Shown: positions 28,897 through 34,537 of the stretch, piece after piece
Position numbering within the stretch: the first letter of the stretch is position 1
Layout: each line of letters opens with the position of its first letter
Virus record (IMG/VR): IMGVR_UViG_3300027710_001279
Span: 9,043-73,042 of that record
Reading direction: 5' to 3' (one strand)
Origin: a virus
DNA length: 64,000 nucleotides
Program-made: the position numbers and the translations under genes
The notes under the pieces: model-generated
The model's input: the letters and a program-made list of their open reading frames with translations, nothing else
Told to the model about the DNA's origin: nothing
Database searches by the model: none

Positions 28897-29043
28897 ATGC
28901 AATCGTGCAATAAACATCAACAATTTAATACGATGCCCAAACAGGCAGGTGTAATAGCCTCCAATTGGTCAACGATTGATTGTGGTAGTTTATCATATGA
29001 TCGCACACCAGAGATTACCAGGGTCCGGGAGGACTTAATGTAA
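28897..29043 (+). CDS. Putative attenuator leader peptide (48 aa, all 20 amino acids)
   Basis: MQSCNKHQQFNTMPKQAGVIASNWSTIDCGSLSYDRTPEITRVREDLM*; AAGAGA SD-like; 3' end inside the antiterminator. Confidence 0.6.
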   Translation: MQSCNKHQQFNTMPKQAGVIASNWSTIDCGSLSYDRTPEITRVREDLM

Positions 29044-29078
29044 ATGTAAGTTTACACTTAAACTCCAAGGACCCTAGG
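29018..29078 (+). promoter_or_regulatory. Antiterminator hairpin
   Basis: CCAGGGTCCGGGAG pairs with CTCCAAGGACCCTAGG; inner TTAA-TGTAAA/TTTACA-TTAA stem. Confidence 0.7.
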
Positions 29079-29105
29079 ATTAAAACCCTGGGGTTTTTTG
29101 TTTTT
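29071..29105 (+). terminator. Intrinsic terminator, mutually exclusive with the antiterminator
   Basis: ACCCTAGG-attaaaac-CCTGGGGT followed by TTTTTGTTTTT. Confidence 0.85.
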
Positions 29106-29117
29106 GGAAAAAGAAAA

Positions 29118-29279
29118 ATGATAGAACAAGATAAGAAGAAACAACGAGAAGTTGAGTTTATACAACAGTATACTCTATCCAAAGAAGATTTTCGTAAGAT
29201 GGTCTTAGAAAAGATGGAACGTGCTAAGGTATATAGTCAAGCCGTTAGAAAGCGCGAGATTGCTCAAGAGCGATTGTAG
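29118..29279 (+). CDS. Small charged helical protein (53 aa, not in ORF track)
   Basis: MIEQDKKKQREVEFIQQYTLSKEDFRKMVLEKMERAKVYSQAVRKREIAQERL*. Confidence 0.55.
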   Translation: MIEQDKKKQREVEFIQQYTLSKEDFRKMVLEKMERAKVYSQAVRKREIAQERL

Positions 29280-29498
29280 ACCGCAAAGTGTGAATAGGTA
29301 GCAACGCGAGCTACGGGATGCACTTAAAACATGTCTCAAATGGGCGGCAACTAGGATGGAATCCCTTGTGTGGGACTAAAAATCAGTTCGTATTAAAGCA
29401 TTCTTTAAGAACAGGCAGCCTAAGTATTTTAGAGTGCTTTAATACACACTCTCTACTTCCGTTGACTGGAAGGACAGGGCACGTAGTGCCGAGAGTGT
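29280..29498 (+). ncRNA. Unidentified structured RNA(s)
   Basis: GTATTAAAGCATTCT/AGAGTGCTTTAATAC stem (29390-29445); three-way junction ACACTCTC/GAGAGTGT enclosing CTTCC/GGAAG and GGCAC/GTGCC. Confidence 0.4.
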
Positions 29499-29508
29499 TA
29501 TCTATTTT

Positions 29509-29595
29509 GGAGATGTAGGAAAATTGGTAACCCCAGTGGACTGTAAATCCGCCGCCCGAAAGGCACTACTGGTTCGACTCCAGTCGTCTCCACCA
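29509..29595 (+). tRNA. tRNA-Tyr(GTA)
   Basis: GTGGA-CT-GTA-AA-TCCGC; long variable arm; CCA. Confidence 0.93.
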
Positions 29596-29600
29596 AATTT

Positions 29601-29675
29601 GGTCCCATAGTATAGCGGTAAGTATAGCGGCTTGTCACGCCGTCGGCAGGGGTTCGATTCCCCTTGGGACCGCCA
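29601..29675 (+). tRNA. tRNA-Asp(GTC)
   Basis: GCGGC-TT-GTC-AC-GCCGT; CCA. Confidence 0.95.
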
Positions 29676-29681
29676 AATTAT

Positions 29682-29756
29682 GCTCGGTTCGTCTATCGGT
29701 AAGGACGCTAGCCTTTCAAGTTGGAAAGACGGGTTCGATTCCCGTACCGAGTACCA
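29682..29756 (+). tRNA. tRNA-Glu(TTC)
   Basis: CTAGC-CT-TTC-AA-GTTGG; CCA. Confidence 0.93.
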
Positions 29757-29763
29757 AATAATA

Positions 29764-29853
29764 GGAAGCGTGGCAGAGTCCGGCTTATTGCAACAGTCTT
29801 GAAAACTGTCGGCTCGAAAGGGTCCGTGAGTTCGAATCTCACCGCTTCCACCA
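29764..29853 (+). tRNA. tRNA-Ser(TGA)
   Basis: ACAGT-CT-TGA-AA-ACTGT; long variable arm; CCA. Confidence 0.95.
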
Positions 29854-29860
29854 AAAGAGG

Positions 29861-29888
29861 TTGACATTCTACTTAATTCGTGTATAAT
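29861..29888 (+). promoter_or_regulatory. sigma70 promoter inside the tRNA array
   Basis: TTGACA-16-TATAAT. Confidence 0.75.
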
Positions 29889-29895
29889 TATATAT

Positions 29896-30009
29896 GCGAC
29901 CGTAAGTGGAATATGGCAGACCTCCCGCTATGCTCATAGCATAGAATGGGGACGGGGCGATGAGTCTAACTCGCAGCCTTTGCAGGTTCAAGCCCTGCCG
30001 GTCGTACCA
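29896..30009 (+). ncRNA. Aberrant 114-nt tRNA-like RNA
   Basis: Acceptor GCGACCG/CGGTCGT-ACCA and T arm GCAGG-TTCAAGC-CCTGC are normal; central arms are enlarged (CTATG-CTCATAG-CATAG; GAGT-CTA-ACTC). Confidence 0.7.
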
Positions 30010-30013
30010 AATT

Positions 30014-30104
30014 CGAGAGTGGGCAGGATGGTAATGCAGCTGATTGCTAATCAGTAGACCAGCTTAAAACTGGTCACAGGGTTCGACTCCCTGACTCTCG
30101 GCCA
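30014..30104 (+). tRNA. tRNA-Ser(GCT)
   Basis: GCTGA-TT-GCT-AA-TCAGT; long variable arm; G73-CCA. Confidence 0.93.
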
Positions 30105-30108
30105 ATTT

Positions 30109-30182
30109 GTATCCCTGGTGTAATGGCAGCACCGCGGTCTCCAAAACCGTCAGTCAAGGTTCGAGTCCTTGGGGGTACGCCA
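30109..30182 (+). tRNA. tRNA-Trp(CCA)
   Basis: GCGGT-CT-CCA-AA-ACCGT; CCA. Confidence 0.95.
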
Positions 30183-30188
30183 ATCAAC

Positions 30189-30265
30189 GGTGACCATAGT
30201 GTAAAGGTTTAGCACCGCACTCTGTGAAAGTGCTAGAATGGGATCGTTCCCCATTGGTTACCCCA
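30189..30265 (+). tRNA. tRNA-His(GTG)
   Basis: GCACT-CT-GTG-AA-AGTGC; G-1:C73; atypical T loop ATCGTTC. Confidence 0.9.
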
Positions 30266-30275
30266 AGGAGCTATA

Positions 30276-30686
30276 ATGGAAAAACTAAAAACATTCAATA
30301 TTTTGAAAGGTTCTGTTCGCAGGTTCGATGAACTGCTAGGACGAACATTGTATCGTGTATCTGCAGATGAGGCAGAACTAACATTGTATCTGTCGGATAC
30401 AAACTATGTAAGATTCTGTCACCACCAAGATTGTTGCGAAAGTGTTTACATAGAAGATATCTGTGGAGATCTCAACGACCTTGTTGGGGCACCTCTAGTA
30501 GAAGCTGAAGAAGTTTCTAACTATGATGATGGCCCAGTAGATAGTAGCGATGAATCTTACACATGGACATTTTATCGTTTCCGCACACGGAAAGGTAGTG
30601 TGTCAGTTCGATGGTATGGGTCCAGCAATGGATACTATTCCGAAAGTGTCAGCGTAGAATTTGTTGACACTACAATACCCGGATAG
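30276..30686 (+). CDS. Hypothetical phage protein within the tRNA array
   Basis: AAGGAG SD; HHQDCCESVYIED...WYGSSNGYYSE; stop codon lies inside tRNA-Ile. Confidence 0.75.
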   Translation: MEKLKTFNILKGSVRRFDELLGRTLYRVSADEAELTLYLSDTNYVRFCHHQDCCESVYIEDICGDLNDLVGAPLVEAEEVSNYDDGPVDSSDESYTWTFYRFRTRKGSVSVRWYGSSNGYYSESVSVEFVDTTIPG

Positions 30687-30751
30687 CTCAGTGGTAGAGC
30701 AGCGCCTTGATAAGGCGTTGGTCGCAAGTTCAAATCTTGCTCCGGGTACCA
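30677..30751 (+). tRNA. tRNA-Ile(GAT)
   Basis: GCGCC-TT-GAT-AA-GGCGT; CCA. Confidence 0.95.
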
Positions 30752-30755
30752 ATTT

Positions 30756-30830
30756 ACCGCTGTCGTATAATGGAGTATACCCCTCGCTACGAACGAGGAA
30801 ATGGAGGTTCGATTCCTTCCGGCGGTACCA
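30756..30830 (+). tRNA. tRNA-Arg(ACG)
   Basis: CCTCG-CT-ACG-AA-CGAGG; CCA. Confidence 0.93.
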
Positions 30831-30836
30831 AATAAT

Positions 30837-30912
30837 GGGACCATAGCTCAGTTGGTAGAGCAGTAGACTTTTAATCTATTGGTCGGGAGTTCGAATCTCC
30901 CTGGTCCTACCA
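30837..30912 (+). tRNA. tRNA-Lys(TTT)
   Basis: GTAGA-CT-TTT-AA-TCTAT; CCA. Confidence 0.95.
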
Positions 30913-30916
30913 TAAC

Positions 30917-30992
30917 AGACATATAGCATAGTGGCTAATGCAGTTCCTTCATACGGAAAAGATCGTTGGTTCAAGTCCAACTATGTCTACCA
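30917..30992 (+). tRNA. tRNA with CAT anticodon (elongator Met, or Ile2 if lysidinylated)
   Basis: TTCC-TT-CAT-AC-GGAA; CCA. Confidence 0.88.
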
Positions 30993-30999
30993 ATTCAAT

Positions 31000-31075
31000 A
31001 CCAACTTAGCTGATGTGGTCATAGCAACGGTTTGAAGCACCGTGGAATGAGGTTCGATCCCTCAAGTTGGTACCA
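31000..31075 (+). tRNA. tRNA-Phe(GAA)
   Basis: ACGGT-TT-GAA-GC-ACCGT; CCA. Confidence 0.92.
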
Positions 31076-31082
31076 AGTTTGT

Positions 31083-31156
31083 TCCCGGATAGTGTAGTGG
31101 TAACACAACAGACTTTGACTCTGCTATTGTAGGTTCGATTCCTACTCCGGGTGCCA
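31083..31156 (+). tRNA. tRNA-Gln(TTG)
   Basis: CAGA-CT-TTG-AC-TCTG; CCA. Confidence 0.93.
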
Positions 31157-31177
31157 CAAAAATGTTTTAAAAAACCG

Positions 31178-31206
31178 TTGACAGATCTTAAAAAAGACTG
31201 TATAAT
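31178..31206 (+). promoter_or_regulatory. Consensus sigma70 promoter inside the tRNA array
   Basis: TTGACA-17-TATAAT. Confidence 0.85.
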
Positions 31207-31213
31207 AATTACT

Positions 31214-31244
31214 TGTTAAGCAATTAACACCGTTCTTTAAAAAT
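31214..31244 (+). promoter_or_regulatory. rrn-like boxB-boxA antitermination element
   Basis: TGTTAA-GCAA-TTAACA GNRA hairpin then CGTTCTTTAAAAAT, right after the promoter. Confidence 0.6.
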
Positions 31245-31258
31245 ATAATTTGATATTT

Positions 31259-31345
31259 GCCCGAGTGGTGAAATAGGTAGACACAAGAGACTTAAAATCT
31301 CTCGCTCTAACAGGCGTGCCGGTTCGATTCCGGCCTCGGGTACCA
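31259..31345 (+). tRNA. tRNA-Leu(TAA)
   Basis: AGAGA-CT-TAA-AA-TCTCT; long variable arm; CCA. Confidence 0.95.
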
Positions 31346-31512
31346 TTAGTTGATAGCATTCAGTGGGTATCGTATATGGACGCATATACTAGGCGGGCTA
31401 GTCGGGCCATCGATCAGTCCTAACACAACCACAGCAATGGCTTAGGAAGGGAAGCACCCGACTCCAAAATTCGCTCGTCGTCATAGACTGTGAATACTAT
31501 CAACTAATGGTA
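31341..31512 (+). ncRNA. Unidentified ~170-nt RNA closed by a ~22-bp stem
   Basis: TACCATTAGTTGATAGCATTCA pairs with TGAATACTATCAACTAATGGTA; GC-rich interior. Confidence 0.5.
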
Positions 31513-31518
31513 TTAAAT

Positions 31519-31594
31519 GTCCCGTTCGTCTAGAGGCCTAGGACACCACCCTTTCACGGTGACTACACCAGTTCGAATCTGGTACGGGACGCCA
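31519..31594 (+). tRNA. tRNA-Glu(TTC), second divergent copy
   Basis: CACC-CT-TTC-AC-GGTG; CCA. Confidence 0.95.
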
Positions 31595-31602
31595 AAGTTT
31601 TA

Positions 31603-31692
31603 CCCGCAGTAGCTCAAGGAGAGCAGGTCGGCTTATATCCGATTAATCTAGATAAGGTCCAGGATGGGGTTCGATTCCTCACTGCGGGACCA
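31603..31692 (+). tRNA. tRNA-Ile(TAT) with long variable arm
   Basis: CCCGCAG/CTGCGGG-ACCA; GTCGG-CT-TAT-AT-CCGAT; ~20-nt variable region. Confidence 0.75.
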
Positions 31693-31721
31693 TTGACAGT
31701 TTATAAATATTCTGTTATAAT
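31693..31721 (+). promoter_or_regulatory. sigma70 promoter with nested TATAAATA
   Basis: TTGACA-17-TATAAT; TATAAATA at 31702-31709. Confidence 0.8.
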
Positions 31722-31729
31722 AGTTTTAT

Positions 31730-31806
31730 GCCCAGGTGATGGAATTGGTATACGTGTTGGTCTTAGAAGCCAAATTTTGCGAGTTCGAGTCTCGCCCTGG
31801 GCACCA
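31730..31806 (+). tRNA. tRNA-Leu(TAG) lacking the long variable arm
   Basis: TTGGT-CT-TAG-AA-GCCAA; 5-nt variable loop; CCA. Confidence 0.9.
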
Positions 31807-31888
31807 TATTGAAGCACATTAAAGATAGGGTCGTAGCGGTTCTATGAACTTTAATACATACCAAGGTAGTTAGTGTGTTTCAATATGG
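31804..31888 (+). other. Long spacer hairpin between tRNAs
   Basis: CCATATTGAAGCACA/TGTGTTTCAATATGG. Confidence 0.55.
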
Positions 31889-31962
31889 GGGTGTAGCTCA
31901 GTTGGGAGAGCGCCAGCTTTGCAAGCTGGATGTCGCAGGTTCGATCCCTGTCACCTCCACCA
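31887..31962 (+). tRNA. tRNA-Ala(TGC)
   Basis: CCAGC-TT-TGC-AA-GCTGG; G3:U70; CCA. Confidence 0.95.
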
Positions 31963-31968
31963 GTTTAT

Positions 31969-32044
31969 TCCCTAGTAGCTCAGCGGTAGAAGCACCTGAC
32001 TGTTAATCAGGGTGTCGGTGGTTCGATCCCACCCTGGGGAGCCA
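31969..32044 (+). tRNA. tRNA-Asn(GTT)
   Basis: CCTGA-CT-GTT-AA-TCAGG; CCA. Confidence 0.95.
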
Positions 32045-32064
32045 GTTTTTTTAAGGATTTAAAT

Positions 32065-32241
32065 ATGTCAAAAGGTAGTAGCCCTAGGCCATATAGTGTT
32101 AGCCAAAAACAATTTGCTAATAACTTTGATGCAATTTTTCGCAAGCCTGATCCTAGGATAGTCGAAGAACAACAAATTGAAGATGAAGAATTCGAAAGAA
32201 TTGCTCAATCAAGTCAAGTTAAAGATACTACAAAAGATTAA
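32065..32241 (+). CDS. Small hypothetical protein (58 aa, not in ORF track)
   Basis: AAGGA SD; MSKGSSPRPYSVSQKQFANNFDAIFRK... Confidence 0.65.
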   Translation: MSKGSSPRPYSVSQKQFANNFDAIFRKPDPRIVEEQQIEDEEFERIAQSSQVKDTTKD

Positions 32242-32249
32242 TAATTAAA

Positions 32250-32324
32250 GCCGACTTAGCACAGTGGTAGTGCAATCGCCTTGTAAGCGATAGGTCATCA
32301 GTTCGAATCCGATAGTCGGCACCA
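32250..32324 (+). tRNA. tRNA-Thr(TGT)
   Basis: ATCGC-CT-TGT-AA-GCGAT; CCA. Confidence 0.94.
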
Positions 32325-32327
32325 AAT

Positions 32328-32401
32328 GCGGGGTTAGTTTAATGGTAAAACAGCAGATTTCCAATCTTCGGTCGAGAGTTCGATTCTCTCACTCCGCTCC
32401 A
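32328..32401 (+). tRNA. tRNA-Gly(TCC)
   Basis: AGA-TT-TCC-AA-TCT; U73-CCA. Confidence 0.92.
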
Positions 32402-32407
32402 ATTTTC

Positions 32408-32483
32408 GGGTCGTTAGCTCAGTTGGTAGAGCGCCTGCCTTACACGCAGGATGTCGGCAGTTCGAGCCTGTCACGACCCACCA
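32408..32483 (+). tRNA. tRNA-Val(TAC)
   Basis: CCTGC-CT-TAC-AC-GCAGG; CCA. Confidence 0.95.
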
Positions 32484-32489
32484 GTATTT

Positions 32490-32566
32490 CGGAGTGTAGC
32501 ACAGCCTGGTAGTGCGCCTGGTTTGGGACCAGGAGGTCCAAGGTTCGAATCCTTGTACTCCGACCA
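32490..32566 (+). tRNA. tRNA-Pro(TGG)
   Basis: CCTGG-TT-TGG-GA-CCAGG; CCA. Confidence 0.95.
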
Positions 32567-32575
32567 AGTTTTGTA

Positions 32576-32856
32576 AGACACATGGGTTGACCACAACGCC
32601 ACGCATCAAGGTAAGGTGTCTATAGTGTAAGTAGCAGGTTTGGTCATGCTTACACACAATCCCAACGTTCCGGGTGTCTCCGGATAGTGTGACCCACACG
32701 ATGAGAAGTAGTGTGACAACTACGGGTGGTAGTCTTTAAACCGAAAGGCCGCTAGCAATGCGAGAACGGTCCCTGTCGGGAAGCGGGTGGAAGGAGTGTG
32801 TGATGGGTATGATAGCGTCATATCTTGATACTCTATAATTACCGCCGGGGGATGCA
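32576..32856 (+). ncRNA. Unidentified ~280-nt multi-hairpin RNA
   Basis: Stems AGACAC/GTGTCT, GTGTAAGTA/TGCTTACAC, TCCGG/CCGGA, GTGTG/CACAC, GTAGT/ACTAC, CC-GAAA-GG, GGGTATGA/TCATATCT; no credible ORF. Confidence 0.55.
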
Positions 32857-32859
32857 GAG

Positions 32860-32927
32860 CATATATAAACACACTCTAGCCAAACGGCAACAAGTGGGCT
32901 CATGCCCATGAAGTGTGTTTATATATG
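32860..32927 (+). other. Long spacer hairpin
   Basis: CATATATAAACACACT/AGTGTGTTTATATATG, perfect 16 bp. Confidence 0.6.
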
Positions 32928-32942
32928 TTTTGGGAGAATTAT

Positions 32943-33095
32943 ATGCCAATGTATGAGACAACTGTAAGAACACCACAGGGTGAAGAAAAGAAAAGAATCT
33001 ATGCGGATACTCCGCAAGAAGCTAAAAAACTTTTTGAACAACTGTACGGTGGACCAAGAGCAGTGCCATACATACCGCATATAATTCCAAGTTAA
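32943..33095 (+). CDS. Small hypothetical phage protein
   Basis: GGAG SD; MPMYETTVRTPQGEEKKRIYADTPQEAKKLFEQLYGG. Confidence 0.7.
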   Translation: MPMYETTVRTPQGEEKKRIYADTPQEAKKLFEQLYGGPRAVPYIPHIIPS

Positions 33096-33099
33096 TTAT

Positions 33100-33178
33100 C
33101 GCGGGGTAGGGGAGTCTAGTCGTCCCCGCCAGTCTCATAAGCTGGAGATCGGAGGTGCGAATCCTTCCCCCGCAACCA
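33100..33178 (+). tRNA. tRNA-Met(CAT), initiator-like
   Basis: CGCGGGG/CCCCGCA with C1:A72 mismatch; CT-CAT-AA; lacks the canonical 3 G-C anticodon pairs; T loop TGCGAAT. Confidence 0.85.
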
Positions 33179-33201
33179 TTTTTTTAAACGTAAAGGTATA
33201 T

Positions 33202-33432
33202 ATGGCTATTAAACAACTAAGTCGCGGTACAACAATTGACACTGAAACATGTGTAGAAATGGTCGGGGGCAATCGATTTGATCTAGTATTGATTGCGGCT
33301 GTTAGAGCTAGAGAACTAGCACGTCAACATCGCCATGCTGAAAACAAAGGGCAGTTAAATGCTCCTGTAGCCGCTTTGCTTGATATCCAAGAAGGCAGAG
33401 TTGGTAACGAATATCTTAAAAGAATTCGTTAA
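33202..33432 (+). CDS. rpoZ: RNA polymerase omega subunit homolog
   Basis: CVEMVGGNRFDLVLIAAVRAREL...PVAALLDIQEG matches the omega NRF.LV..AA.RARQ and P.V.AL.EI..G motifs. Confidence 0.85.
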   Translation: MAIKQLSRGTTIDTETCVEMVGGNRFDLVLIAAVRARELARQHRHAENKGQLNAPVAALLDIQEGRVGNEYLKRIR

Positions 33433-33438
33433 TTAAAT

Positions 33439-33516
33439 GCAACGGTGGCAGAGCGGCCCAATGCAACGGATTGCAAATCCGTAAAACCGGGGGTTCAAAT
33501 CCCTCCCGTTGCTCCA
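33439..33516 (+). tRNA. tRNA-Cys(GCA)
   Basis: ACGGA-TT-GCA-AA-TCCGT; U73-CCA. Confidence 0.94.
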
Positions 33517-33540
33517 ATATCAAATTATAAATATTTTAAT

Positions 33541-33614
33541 GCGGGTATGATGTAAAGGTAACCTGAAACCTTGCCAAGGTTTATTTCCGAGTTCGATTCT
33601 CGGTACCCGCTCCA
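33541..33614 (+). tRNA. tRNA-Gly(GCC)
   Basis: AAACC-TT-GCC-AA-GGTTT; U73-CCA. Confidence 0.92.
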
Positions 33615-33647
33615 AACAACACGGCCCTACCCTCTAGTAACATAGTT

Positions 33648-33854
33648 CTACGGTGGGGTTTTTCTTTTTGCGTTATATAATCTTTCTTTGATTTCGTTGC
33701 GGACAATGTAGTCTGTGGAAGCGATTCTTGCCAACCACCCAGATAATAGCCCACGTTGATAGATTAATGTTTCCATTTTATCGCCCTTATAACAGAGTTC
33801 GAGTAACTCGTCGAGCTCTTTTTGGATCTCTTCAAGGTGGGTTTTTGGCTTCAT
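33648..33854 (-). CDS. Hypothetical protein
   Basis: ORF preceded by TATAAATA on the minus strand. Confidence 0.55.
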   Translation of the reverse strand: MKPKTHLEEIQKELDELLELCYKGDKMETLIYQRGLLSGWLARIASTDYIVRNEIKERLYNAKRKTPP

Positions 33855-33870
33855 AATATATATTTATAGG

Positions 33871-33899
33871 TTGACAAACTGGTAAAACCGTGTTATAAT
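33871..33899 (+). promoter_or_regulatory. Consensus sigma70 promoter
   Basis: TTGACA-17-TATAAT, near-duplicate of the 28243 promoter. Confidence 0.85.
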
Positions 33900-33923
33900 A
33901 TATACATAGCAAGGAGCAATATA

Positions 33924-34322
33924 ATGGAATTTCTCGTCGAAACTCGTAGCGTAAAGAAACGTAAATTTATAGAGGCAATTTTGCCCTCTATGATTAAACA
34001 ACTTAAATTGGAAAACAGTAAGAAAGTTTTGCTGGTTCGAGTTGCCAATGAGTGCGATGGACAGGGTATGACTATGCCACTGAATGGATTAGATGCCTAT
34101 GTCGTAGTTGTCAAGCCAGGTTGGTTTGCCGATATGGGTGTTACCCTTGCACACGAGATGGTTCACGTGCGTCAAATGGCCAAAGGTATTCTCAAAGTAG
34201 AAAATGGTGTTAACTACTGGCGTGGGAAGAAATACAGCAAGAAGACTAAGTATTTGGACATGCCTTGGGAACAAGATGCGTTTTCAAAGCAAGAACTTAT
34301 TTTTAGGAGGGCTGTAGAATAA
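33924..34322 (+). CDS. Zincin-like (HExxH) phage protein
   Basis: TLAHEMVHVRQ...PWEQDA. Confidence 0.75.
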   Translation: MEFLVETRSVKKRKFIEAILPSMIKQLKLENSKKVLLVRVANECDGQGMTMPLNGLDAYVVVVKPGWFADMGVTLAHEMVHVRQMAKGILKVENGVNYWRGKKYSKKTKYLDMPWEQDAFSKQELIFRRAVE

Positions 34323-34528
34323 TGGAAATCTCAAGAGCAGAACAAAGTGTTATAAAATATAATCTAGAACAGTACCGCTTAGATCAAGCTCGTTTGGAAA
34401 AACAGCGAGAACAAGACTACGCCAAAAAGATTGAAGAACGTAGACTTGATCAAGTTATAGCAGAACGAGTATCAAGAAATCTTCGTTTAGATTTGGACAA
34501 GGGTCGCATTTTAGATATAGAATGTTAG
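34322..34528 (+). CDS. Hypothetical coiled-coil protein
   Basis: ORF track; translationally coupled. Confidence 0.6.
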   Translation: MEISRAEQSVIKYNLEQYRLDQARLEKQREQDYAKKIEERRLDQVIAERVSRNLRLDLDKGRILDIEC

Positions 34529-34537
34529 GAGGCAATT

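Noticed and set aside
29398-29412. Second boxA (GCATTCTTTAAGA)
   Set aside because: Weaker match and embedded in a long stem.
29961-29973. CUA loop as an amber suppressor implying TAG recoding
   Set aside because: The loop is in an abnormal arm. ORFs are intact under the standard code and TAG ends genes cleanly (10554, 29279, 54025).
29318-32699. ORF-track entries 29318..29518, 29502..29867, 30635..30844, 30661..30846, 32334..32699 (also 28716..28910, 35996..36364)
   Set aside because: They overlap tRNA or structured RNA sequence and are shadow ORFs.
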